Source of the DNA: a virus
Length of the DNA stretch: 64,000 nucleotides
IMG/VR virus record: IMGVR_UViG_3300032214_000986
Location: 32,001-96,000 of that record
Strand: one strand, 5' to 3'
Of the stretch, positions 50,561-59,191 are shown one piece after another. The notes below the pieces were generated by a model. It had not been told where the DNA came from, ran no database searches, and saw only the letters and a program-made list of their open reading frames with translations. The position numbers and the translations under genes were made by a program. How positions within the stretch are numbered: position 1 is the stretch's first letter; each line of letters opens with the position of its first letter.

Positions 50561-52654
50561 TTAGTACGTCATTTTGTACTTACCAAATATTTCATTAAAT
50601 TCTTCCTCTGACATATCATCAGTATTTTTTAAACTATTAGTTACGTCTTTAACTAGTTTATCTCTATTCGTTTTATCTTGTTCAAGAGCATCCTCAACTA
50701 ATTTTTCGTCTAATAATAATTTATCTTTTTCTTTTAGGTATTTATCATATGCAGACTTAACTTCAGCAATCCTTAATTCATCAAAGTTTTCACCTGTAAT
50801 ATTTTTAATTGTGCCGTATTTTTTACTTTTCAAATCATTTATTAATTGGGTAAGTGTATCTGAACCAACGACACCGTCTACTTTTAAACCGTTTTGTTTT
50901 TGATATAACTTAACAAGTTCTTCAGTTGCTTTATCGAAGGTACCGTAGTTTACTGACCCTATTTTTCCAAAACCAAATGCTCCTGATTTTGTAATATCTT
51001 TACCAACAAATAATTTAACATTATGTGTTGTTTGGTCAAACATAGTAACTCTCATTATTACAACACTTTTTAAATTACCAAAATTATATGTAAGAACTTT
51101 TGAGTTATTACTATTACTTATGGTTTTAATTAATTTACCTGTTGACGTATACAATGAAATATTATTAATATTTTCAGAATTATTAATAGTTAATACGTTA
51201 TTTTTAATATTATAATTAGGAACTTTTAAGTTTGTGTCTAATTTTGCAGCAATTAAGATAAATTGGATTATCAATACGTCCGTATTGTAATAACCATATT
51301 TAGTACTATATGATTTATTTTCGTTTTTTGCTTTTCGTAACTGTTGAATAAATAACGAGTTGTCTGTCTTAACTGATTCTAATTTGTCTTTTACTGCGGC
51401 AATTTCACAAGGACTGGTGAATGGTTGTACATACTTACCTGCCTCCCCAACCGCTTTTAATATTTTCCAATCAGACTGAGTTAACGCTTCTAAAGGTATC
51501 GTATTACATATACCCATATGTTTAGCAATTGCATCCCATGTATAAAATGAACCACCAATTTGTAAACCTAACCTTGTGGTAAAATTGGCACTTAATCGTC
51601 CCGTTTTTATTAATTTTAATATGAACTTTAAAATATCGCTAGATTTTGCAGATTTACTTATTAATTGTTTGGTAAACTGTCTAGCCATACCTATCTTAGA
51701 AAGTCTAGTGTACTTACCTCCGTTAGCGGTAACATTTGCTGCTAACTCAAGTTCACCTTTACTAAAGTTAGTTTGTTTTAGTGCGATTTTTTTGATTAAT
51801 GATGGTCCATATTTAGCAACTAACATTTCCAAACCACTGTCTAAAGGACCCGCAAATGCAAATATTAATGCCAATCCAGCCGCGTAATCATTTTCGTCAG
51901 CATATTTGTAAATCGCAGCATCCAAAGACTCAATACCAAATGATAATGCCGACCTAAGTAACCACGTCCCAATACCCACACCAGGTATAAATGATGTCGC
52001 AATAGACACAAGAGGTAAAACAATATGTGCCACTTCTCTTGTAAAAGGTGGAAGGATTTCTTTAGCTGTTGAGTCGAAAGGGACCTCAAAATCGTAAGTC
52101 TCATTAGGATTAAATTTTTGTAACACCTTTTGGTACTCCTCCAACCAATAATCATTAAATTGCCATTGCATTTCTTGACCAAGACCTGTTGGTGAGTTTC
52201 TTTTCCACTCGGACCCCCAAGAACCTAATGAAAATTCCTGACCTTGTATAAATTGTAGAACGGTTTTACCTTGTTCTTGTGGGTAACACCCATATATAAA
52301 AACAAGTAATATTACGTAGGCTTCTTTTGATTTTATTAATTTTAAGGCGTCTAAGATAATATCTTCTTTAGTCCCATTAGTATCGATTTGTCCTTTTAAG
52401 ATTAAAAATACTTTCTTTGCTGTTTTTTCAAAATCTTTAGTAAGTGGTGCATTTAAAAGTGCTTTACAATTCTGTTCTATTTTTTTTTCAGTTTCTCTTT
52501 TTTCCCTATCAGCCTTTATCTCTGCATCGCTTTTACCAGGTGTTGTGCCGAAGTTTGGTGCACCAATAACAGATTGTTCAGATAATGTCTTAGATCTCTC
52601 ATAACTGATTAATCTAATTTGTTTTAATATGTCTTCACTTATTAATTTATCCAT
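50561..52654 (-). CDS. Multidomain protein with hydrophobic helices and a C-terminal peptidoglycan-binding domain
   Basis: GTFDKATEELVKLYQKQNGLKVDGVVGSDT (PG_binding_1-like). Confidence 0.75.
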   Translation of the reverse strand: MDKLISEDILKQIRLISYERSKTLSEQSVIGAPNFGTTPGKSDAEIKADREKRETEKKIEQNCKALLNAPLTKDFEKTAKKVFLILKGQIDTNGTKEDIILDALKLIKSKEAYVILLVFIYGCYPQEQGKTVLQFIQGQEFSLGSWGSEWKRNSPTGLGQEMQWQFNDYWLEEYQKVLQKFNPNETYDFEVPFDSTAKEILPPFTREVAHIVLPLVSIATSFIPGVGIGTWLLRSALSFGIESLDAAIYKYADENDYAAGLALIFAFAGPLDSGLEMLVAKYGPSLIKKIALKQTNFSKGELELAANVTANGGKYTRLSKIGMARQFTKQLISKSAKSSDILKFILKLIKTGRLSANFTTRLGLQIGGSFYTWDAIAKHMGICNTIPLEALTQSDWKILKAVGEAGKYVQPFTSPCEIAAVKDKLESVKTDNSLFIQQLRKAKNENKSYSTKYGYYNTDVLIIQFILIAAKLDTNLKVPNYNIKNNVLTINNSENINNISLYTSTGKLIKTISNSNNSKVLTYNFGNLKSVVIMRVTMFDQTTHNVKLFVGKDITKSGAFGFGKIGSVNYGTFDKATEELVKLYQKQNGLKVDGVVGSDTLTQLINDLKSKKYGTIKNITGENFDELRIAEVKSAYDKYLKEKDKLLLDEKLVEDALEQDKTNRDKLVKDVTNSLKNTDDMSEEEFNEIFGKYKMTY

Positions 52655-53052
52655 TACTTGTAATTTTTTCCTGTTGGTCCCATTGTTCTACCCGACGCCC
52701 ATTTTGTTGGACCTATTGGGTTACCTTTACCTCTCGTTGTTTTATCTTCACGTTTTGCACTTGTAATTGGATTTCCAGGACCTCTAACCGCACCGGTTTC
52801 CCATGGAGTCATAGAGCTACCTGTATCCGATGAGGTATCAGTAGTTGTGTCAGTTGTTTCTGGTGTGTCTTCTTGCTCAACTATTTCCTCATCCATACCG
52901 TCCACAGCATTATCGTCATCCGTAGGACCTGTTTGTTTGATTTGTTGGTCACTACCTGTTTTAGCCCTATTTAATTGAACGTCAATGTTAGGTGCCTCGT
53001 TTAGAAACATTATATTTCTAATACGCATGATATTTTCTTGTAGGTTTTTCAC
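52654..53052 (-). CDS. Small protein with repeated RGxGNPI-like motifs
   Basis: GTG start with TATTTAT-N5; PWETGAVRGPGNPI, TTRGKGNPI, KWASGRTMGP. Confidence 0.7.
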   Translation of the reverse strand: MKNLQENIMRIRNIMFLNEAPNIDVQLNRAKTGSDQQIKQTGPTDDDNAVDGMDEEIVEQEDTPETTDTTTDTSSDTGSSMTPWETGAVRGPGNPITSAKREDKTTRGKGNPIGPTKWASGRTMGPTGKNYK

Positions 53053-53084
53053 TTATTATAAATAGTTTTAATTATAAAAAAGGT

Positions 53085-54452
53085 TTAACCTTTATATTGT
53101 AAATGGAAATGGGGGCCTGTAGACGCATCTGAAGGATTCAGATACTCATCAATATATCCAAATCCCGAATATAGATCTTTATAGTTGTCCATTAGTTTTT
53201 TAAATCCGGAATGAAACTGTGAACCTAAAGTTAAATCCAACGCTCTACCTTTTGTATGTAAACTCTCATACTCCAAGTTATGGTGGAAATTATCATTACC
53301 ACTTGTAATGTATATGTCCGCATTAGGCTCAATTTCTTGATAATCTTTTAGTAATTCCAAAACAATACCTAAGAAAGTACCATTAAGTTCACCACCACTA
53401 TTTACATCTTCACCATTATTTTTTAATCCAAACCCTAATGATTTAATATTCGATTTGAATTCATCTGCCCCGACTGTTTTTGCATCTTTTTCAATCTCAT
53501 CTTCATTAGGAATTTCACCCATTAAAAATTTAGATAAATCATTATCATCAAAGCCTTTAATTTTTAATTCATAAAAAATAGATTCTAATGTTTCATCATC
53601 GGCAACACCAGTCATGGACAATCCGTTATCTGCTTGGAAATCCCTAACAGCTCTTTCAGTATTTTGGGTGTACCGACCATCAGTATTAATATTACTATAC
53701 CCTAAGAACTTTAAAGCCACTTGTATCATTTCAATATCACCCATATAATCAGAAGACATGTCGGTACTATAGTCATTACCTGAATTAACAATATCCTCAA
53801 AATTTTCTAAAAATTCATATATGGTATCAAAATCGGCGTCTTCATCAATATCTAAATCAACAAAAACCTCTGGTTTCATTAATGGTTCATTATCAATAGT
53901 TGCGATATCTGACATTGGTGAAATAAATGCATCTATATATGATTTTAAGTTAGATATTACTTTACTACCTTTAATTAGTCTTTCATCTCCAATTAAAGGG
54001 TAGTCCCCAACAACTTTAACTTTATCTTTTTTAATTAAATTGTAAAATACGATTGCGTTTTCTTCTAACTCTAAAACCTCATCTTCAGTTAAATCATATT
54101 CATCGATATCTATATACCCCTTCATTAAGTATAATTCGGCGTTAGGAAAAACCCTAAACATTTCATTAATTAATGTTGTTATTGATGAATCAGGTTCAAA
54201 CATATCGTTAGTACCAATAGAGAAAAATACCTGATTAATATTTTCATATGGCTCGTGAACTACCAATTTTTCAGTTAGTTCATCTATTGTCATTTCAGGG
54301 TCGATTAATTCAAAAGGACGTAATAAGTCAGAATTATCAAGGAGATATGCAATTTGGTCTCCAATAACTGCCACCGATGGGTTGTTTTGGAAATCTTCGT
54401 TAACCGCCATCATAGTTTTTATCCTACTGATTTGGGAAATAAATTCGTTCAT
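53085..54452 (-). CDS. Peptidoglycan-binding plus M15-like Zn peptidase protein
   Basis: IQVALKFLGY...DGRY...TERAVRDFQADNGL..TGVAD; SLHTKGRALD...GPHFH; degenerate SGNH-like N-terminus. Confidence 0.75.
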   Translation of the reverse strand: MNEFISQISRIKTMMAVNEDFQNNPSVAVIGDQIAYLLDNSDLLRPFELIDPEMTIDELTEKLVVHEPYENINQVFFSIGTNDMFEPDSSITTLINEMFRVFPNAELYLMKGYIDIDEYDLTEDEVLELEENAIVFYNLIKKDKVKVVGDYPLIGDERLIKGSKVISNLKSYIDAFISPMSDIATIDNEPLMKPEVFVDLDIDEDADFDTIYEFLENFEDIVNSGNDYSTDMSSDYMGDIEMIQVALKFLGYSNINTDGRYTQNTERAVRDFQADNGLSMTGVADDETLESIFYELKIKGFDDNDLSKFLMGEIPNEDEIEKDAKTVGADEFKSNIKSLGFGLKNNGEDVNSGGELNGTFLGIVLELLKDYQEIEPNADIYITSGNDNFHHNLEYESLHTKGRALDLTLGSQFHSGFKKLMDNYKDLYSGFGYIDEYLNPSDASTGPHFHLQYKG

Positions 54453-54454
54453 TT

Positions 54455-54760
54455 TTATTTATATTCTGGTTTAGGTAGTTTCTCCGGGTAAACTACATAA
54501 TATTCGTTTAAAAAAGTAATTAAAGAATCTTCATTTTCTATATAGTCGTATTCGTCACTTCCCCATTCGTCTTCTTCATCTAATATCTCATCAAAAATTT
54601 CAAAGTCCTTAGAGTTATCAAAACCAAATTCCTCGAAGTAAGAATACTCAACGAAATCTTCCCTAATTATATCATCATCGTCCTCTAATAACCTAAATTC
54701 AACATTTATTAAATTCTGACTTTTATCTATATAATGTGAAATAATTTCTACGATTTCCAT
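54455..54760 (-). CDS. Acidic hypothetical protein
   Basis: 101-aa ORF. Confidence 0.7.
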   Translation of the reverse strand: MEIVEIISHYIDKSQNLINVEFRLLEDDDDIIREDFVEYSYFEEFGFDNSKDFEIFDEILDEEDEWGSDEYDYIENEDSLITFLNEYYVVYPEKLPKPEYK

Positions 54761-55257
54761 TACATAAAGTTTTTAAATCTCCTAAACATATCTAGTGATT
54801 TATTAACACTTTCCGATAACTGCGTTTCTTCTTGGTCTAAAACCGATTCGTCGTCTAATAAATCCTCAAAAGATTTATCTTGAAAATCCTCTTCATATTC
54901 ATAAACATCTGATGGTCCTTTTGATACGAATTCATATGGTCTTTCACCCATTCCCATTTGAGTCATGGATTGTTGAGGTCCCTCAGAATCGAATTCATAT
55001 GCCGCGTCTATCTCATCGTAATTTAATGGTTTTGCCGTAATTTCATTTACGCTTTCATTAACGTTATGGTTTGTATATGTTTTCACATTACCGGTATTAT
55101 CAACAGTAACACCACCTTTATCACCAGCAGCATCATACACAGTTAATGGTGTCATATTTGATGTTACATTACCTGTCGCATAACCATCATAAACGGTTGC
55201 GTGTTGTTTTAATATTGTTTGTCTTTCTTCGTCAGACATGATTGAAAATCCTCTCAT
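54760..55257 (-). CDS. Hypothetical protein
   Basis: 165 aa; leader MSDEERQTILKQH. Confidence 0.7.
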   Translation of the reverse strand: MRGFSIMSDEERQTILKQHATVYDGYATGNVTSNMTPLTVYDAAGDKGGVTVDNTGNVKTYTNHNVNESVNEITAKPLNYDEIDAAYEFDSEGPQQSMTQMGMGERPYEFVSKGPSDVYEYEEDFQDKSFEDLLDDESVLDQEETQLSESVNKSLDMFRRFKNFM

Positions 55258-55940
55258 TAGATTTCTTTATTTATAAATTTATGTGCCTCTTGCATCCAAA
55301 ACTTTTTTGCGGTATTTGCTAACCTTTGCATTGATCTTTGGATGTTTCTTACACTTACTTCTTTGTTTTCATTTTCTAAAAGTTTCATTGCCGCTCTGAT
55401 AAATATATCTTTCGTTTCTTGCGACATCTCTATAATTTTTTCTATAATTTCTTCTTGGTCTTCGTCGAACTCCCTTTCGTAAGATTTTAATTTAATATAA
55501 TCTTTAATATAATCAGGTCCTGACAAAATAAACTTTCCACCTTCAGTGAACATATTATGAGTACCTAATCTTCTTTCTAATTCTAAAAATTGGTATACCT
55601 TATTTAATTCTCCTCGATTAAATAAACCTAAAAATTCACCGATACTAACTAAATCATCAACATCTTTAATATTCATTTCGTGTATTGGTTCGATGTCATA
55701 ATCAGAATCAAGTATCCAAGCATCACTGTCAGGGATAAGTGATAAATTACTCATTACGTTATCATTTTCATCGTACCATTCAACACCATATTGAAATCCA
55801 ATATCGTTACTTGTAAACTTTGGGGTTTTTTCTATTTTTAGAACTTTACCTTTTATACCAGCACCTAACGACTCCCCATCCATATGGACTAAAACAATTC
55901 TATCTCCTTCTTTTAGTTCGGGGTTTAACTTTTTTCTCAT
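55257..55940 (-). CDS. Hypothetical protein
   Basis: Start moved to ATG 55940 (TATTTAT-N4-ATG); the track's extension crosses a terminator. Confidence 0.7.
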   Translation of the reverse strand: MRKKLNPELKEGDRIVLVHMDGESLGAGIKGKVLKIEKTPKFTSNDIGFQYGVEWYDENDNVMSNLSLIPDSDAWILDSDYDIEPIHEMNIKDVDDLVSIGEFLGLFNRGELNKVYQFLELERRLGTHNMFTEGGKFILSGPDYIKDYIKLKSYEREFDEDQEEIIEKIIEMSQETKDIFIRAAMKLLENENKEVSVRNIQRSMQRLANTAKKFWMQEAHKFINKEI

Positions 55941-55977
55941 AATTATAAATACTACGTTATTAATAAGATTTAAAAAC

Positions 55978-56003
55978 AAAAAACTCAACCGAAGTTGAGT
56001 TTT
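55978..56003 (-). terminator. Terminator with UUCG loop on the minus strand
   Basis: aaaaaactcaac-cgaa-gttgagtttt. Confidence 0.85.
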
Positions 56004-56009
56004 AATAAT

Positions 56010-56642
56010 TTAATTTTTAAATGTTTCGTAATTACCGATTTTTATTCCGTCCCCTCCGGTTACAACAACAATGGATGCGTTCACAAATAGACCCTTTAGT
56101 TCAATTTTACAGTCTAATGCTAATGAGTTATAATCGTTTCTATCTAATTGTTCTTTATGTGGTTTAGATTTCATAAAATTCATAAAAAATTCTTTAGCCA
56201 ATTTTTCATTTGTCATTCCATCCAAGAAATAATATCCATTAGTAATGACTTCAGCATTAGGTGCAAAATCCTTATTAGTGTTATAAAAAATAATTCTATT
56301 AGCAAAATTAGGAATGAGGGTATCTTTACCAACATATTTAAACTTGTCAGAACCAACTGTTTCAATTGGAGTTTCTCCGTGAGTAATAACAGATTTGTTA
56401 GTACCTGGGGTTTTATTTACCCACACCATATTAAAAAGATAGTTATTGTGGTGTTCACAACCTAAACTAGCGGTTTGATTAACATTTACATCCTTAATCC
56501 CATTATGTAGAGTCTTTCTATATTCATTTAAAATTTTAACAAAATAAAACTCAACACTATCTTCAGTTATTTGAGAAAATAAGAATGTTGGTAAAAAAAA
56601 TAGACAAAAAATTAATGTAGATTTCATAGTGTTTGTTTTCAT
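56010..56642 (-). CDS. Secreted CAP/SCP-like domain protein
   Basis: Signal peptide MKSTLIFCLFFLPTFLFS-Q; LNEYR, HNNY, THGE, AEVI, KSKPHK. Start is 56642 or 56627. Confidence 0.65.
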   Translation of the reverse strand: MKTNTMKSTLIFCLFFLPTFLFSQITEDSVEFYFVKILNEYRKTLHNGIKDVNVNQTASLGCEHHNNYLFNMVWVNKTPGTNKSVITHGETPIETVGSDKFKYVGKDTLIPNFANRIIFYNTNKDFAPNAEVITNGYYFLDGMTNEKLAKEFFMNFMKSKPHKEQLDRNDYNSLALDCKIELKGLFVNASIVVVTGGDGIKIGNYETFKN

Positions 56643-56699
56643 ATTGCTAATATACACATTTTTACGATACTTACGATATTTATTTATAAAAATATTTCA

Positions 56700-58271
56700 A
56701 TGGAAGAAGATAAAAAAATATTAGAAGAAATAACACGAATTAGTTTTTTAACCAATTATGACCCTAAAAAAGTTATAAGTGAACAAAAAACTAAGAAGGG
56801 CGGTTTTAGTCTTGGTGGTGAATTTGGTAATAAAGAATTTAATTTTAGAGGTAGACAAAGAGATCCAGGAAGAATGAGTCTTGATTTTAGTTATGAAAAA
56901 GAACTAGATAAAGGTTTAGATACTGTTGGCGATGTGTTAGGTAAAATGAATGCGGAATTAGGGGGTGATACAGAGTTTAAAAATCTACCAACTGAAACTA
57001 AAAATATGTTAGCAAATGGATTTTATAATGCGATTACATTATTAATTAATGGTCAAAAATTACCTAAAGAAGACAAAGAAGGTCTTAAAAAAATTAAAAA
57101 ATTCTTTAAGAAATCACAAAAATGGAAATTTGATATTATTACTCCTGACGATGCAATTTCTACAGTAGACATTAAAGTTAGCGGTAAGGGTGATATGTCA
57201 TCTTTAGATACTTTAAATTCTGTGATGACTAGTGAGATAACAAACCTTAATAACAGTAACTCTAATGAAGGGACAATTTTAAGTAAAACTGCAAGTTATT
57301 TTTCATATGATAAAAAATCAGGAGACGTTAATTCTTTACCATTACAAAAATCTGTAATGTCAACATTATTTGCAAGGGCATCAAGACCATTAAAAACTAA
57401 AGAACTTTCACCAGAAAACGTGATTAATGAAACAGGAGAACTTAATGTTGTGATGCCACGTATACCTGGAAAATATGCAAAGGGGTCATCCGATCCTGGT
57501 ATGTTTTTTAAAGGTCTTATGGATAGAATTTTAAATGAAATTTATCAATCGGAAGTTACTATTGGTGGTGAAACTAAAACAGTTAAAGAGATGATTGAGT
57601 GTGGGACCGATAACTGTGACTCTCAATACCGTATAAGTGTAACCGATGCAACTATAGTATCATCGGCAAGTAATACGTGGACGAATGAGGTTTTAGATTT
57701 TACTCACAAAAATAATGGTGATAAAATTAAAGATGTTACCGAAATATCAAGTTCAGGTAAAAACCCTAAAAATCTTAAACTAGCAAGAGATAGAGCTAAT
57801 AACTTAATACAGTTAGTTATGCAAGATTTAGGTAAAACCCCTGGGTTAAATTTATCATCGAATTGGGCGAATAGTATTGAAACGGAACTTAGAATTACAG
57901 ATACAGGTGGTAAAGTAGATGAAGAAAGAGATAAAACACAATACCCTAATGCGGGACAGTACTCCGAAATATCAATAGGATTTATGGTTTATAAAACATC
58001 TAAAAGAACTGTTAGCGCAAGTAACCAACTTAGTGGTACAATATCACAAAGAATAATTGTACTTAGATATGTTGGTGGTAAGGCTGCTAATATTGAACTT
58101 GATTTTAATTTTGAAATGCCGACTAAGAACGAATCACTTTATTTAAGGAAAGGTATATTCCATTTAAAAAATCTATCCCCTGGTACTACTGAACGTAGAA
58201 CACAGAAATTATATAATAAAAGAGATAGGGACTTTGAAAGAAATAGAAAGGCAAATAACCCAGGACGTTAA
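56700..58271 (+). CDS. Putative internal protein with an OmpA-C-like motif
   Basis: Leader ILEEITRI...VISEQ; SSAS...NLKLARDRANNL resembles the OmpA N..LS..RA motif. Confidence 0.6.
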   Translation: MEEDKKILEEITRISFLTNYDPKKVISEQKTKKGGFSLGGEFGNKEFNFRGRQRDPGRMSLDFSYEKELDKGLDTVGDVLGKMNAELGGDTEFKNLPTETKNMLANGFYNAITLLINGQKLPKEDKEGLKKIKKFFKKSQKWKFDIITPDDAISTVDIKVSGKGDMSSLDTLNSVMTSEITNLNNSNSNEGTILSKTASYFSYDKKSGDVNSLPLQKSVMSTLFARASRPLKTKELSPENVINETGELNVVMPRIPGKYAKGSSDPGMFFKGLMDRILNEIYQSEVTIGGETKTVKEMIECGTDNCDSQYRISVTDATIVSSASNTWTNEVLDFTHKNNGDKIKDVTEISSSGKNPKNLKLARDRANNLIQLVMQDLGKTPGLNLSSNWANSIETELRITDTGGKVDEERDKTQYPNAGQYSEISIGFMVYKTSKRTVSASNQLSGTISQRIIVLRYVGGKAANIELDFNFEMPTKNESLYLRKGIFHLKNLSPGTTERRTQKLYNKRDRDFERNRKANNPGR

Positions 58272-58275
58272 TAAC

Positions 58276-58304
58276 AAAAAACCCAACCGAAGTTGGGTTT
58301 TTTT
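58276..58304. terminator. Bidirectional terminator
   Basis: aaaaaacccaac-cgaa-gttgggtttttt between convergent genes. Confidence 0.88.
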
Positions 58305-59140
58305 TATTTAAGTAAGTTGTAATATTCTTTAAAATGTTTGATTCTATCAGGTAACCCGATAGTACCTCCATTCACTCTTTTAGTAACCGCAGTTACAGTG
58401 GCGTCGTCAGCGCCCTTGTCACAGATAGCCCATAGCTTATTTGAATCAAAGAAGAAAGCCGCAGACGCCAATGGATATTTAGTTGCAACTAAATCCGGAT
58501 TAGCAATACAATCTTCACCGATGAATTTAGTAAAATTAGTATAGTTCGCCTTTCCGGTTAATTGGATGTAACCACGTCCTCTAAATTTAAAACCTTCTTT
58601 CGATGCTTCGTCACCATTACCCATTCTACTTGCATAAACGCGAGCGGCGATTTTTTCAGGTTGTCTAGCATACGACTCATTTAAATTACCTGGGAAGTAT
58701 TTTCCAAATATTTTCTTTAAACCGTCAGCAGAATAATTTAAATTCTCAGATACTGCTTTAAAACCACCTGATTCATGACCACATTGAGCCAAAAAGTGAG
58801 CTAAACGTAGGTTGTTTGTAATATTAAACTTTTTAGCGGTATCAGGAATCTGAGCAATTACAGCATCAGGAATATGTCCCTTTAATTTTTCAATATTTAA
58901 AGCCCCACCTGAAGGGATAATAACATCTTCCTTAATCACATCAGTAACAGGTGCCGATTCACCAAACAATTTTGCCCAAGTTGCATCCCCAACGATACCA
59001 TCATCCTTAAGACCATTTGCCTTTTGCCACTCTTTAACAGCCGCTTCCGTTTTAGGTCCGAATTTACCTATAGCTTCCACACCTAATTTCTCTTGGAGTT
59101 TTTTTACGTCAGCCCCTTCTGAACCATTTTTTAATAACAT
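58304..59140 (-). CDS. Endolysin: peptidoglycan-binding domain plus glycoside hydrolase family 19
   Basis: LKNGSEGADVKKLQ...GIVGDATW; RLAHFLAQCGHESGGF, ENLNYS, FRGRGYIQLTGKANY, VTKRVNGG. Confidence 0.92.
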   Translation of the reverse strand: MLLKNGSEGADVKKLQEKLGVEAIGKFGPKTEAAVKEWQKANGLKDDGIVGDATWAKLFGESAPVTDVIKEDVIIPSGGALNIEKLKGHIPDAVIAQIPDTAKKFNITNNLRLAHFLAQCGHESGGFKAVSENLNYSADGLKKIFGKYFPGNLNESYARQPEKIAARVYASRMGNGDEASKEGFKFRGRGYIQLTGKANYTNFTKFIGEDCIANPDLVATKYPLASAAFFFDSNKLWAICDKGADDATVTAVTKRVNGGTIGLPDRIKHFKEYYNLLK

Positions 59141-59191
59141 ATGTATTAGTTTAATTAATTATGCGTTTTACACATTTAATAAATATGTCAT

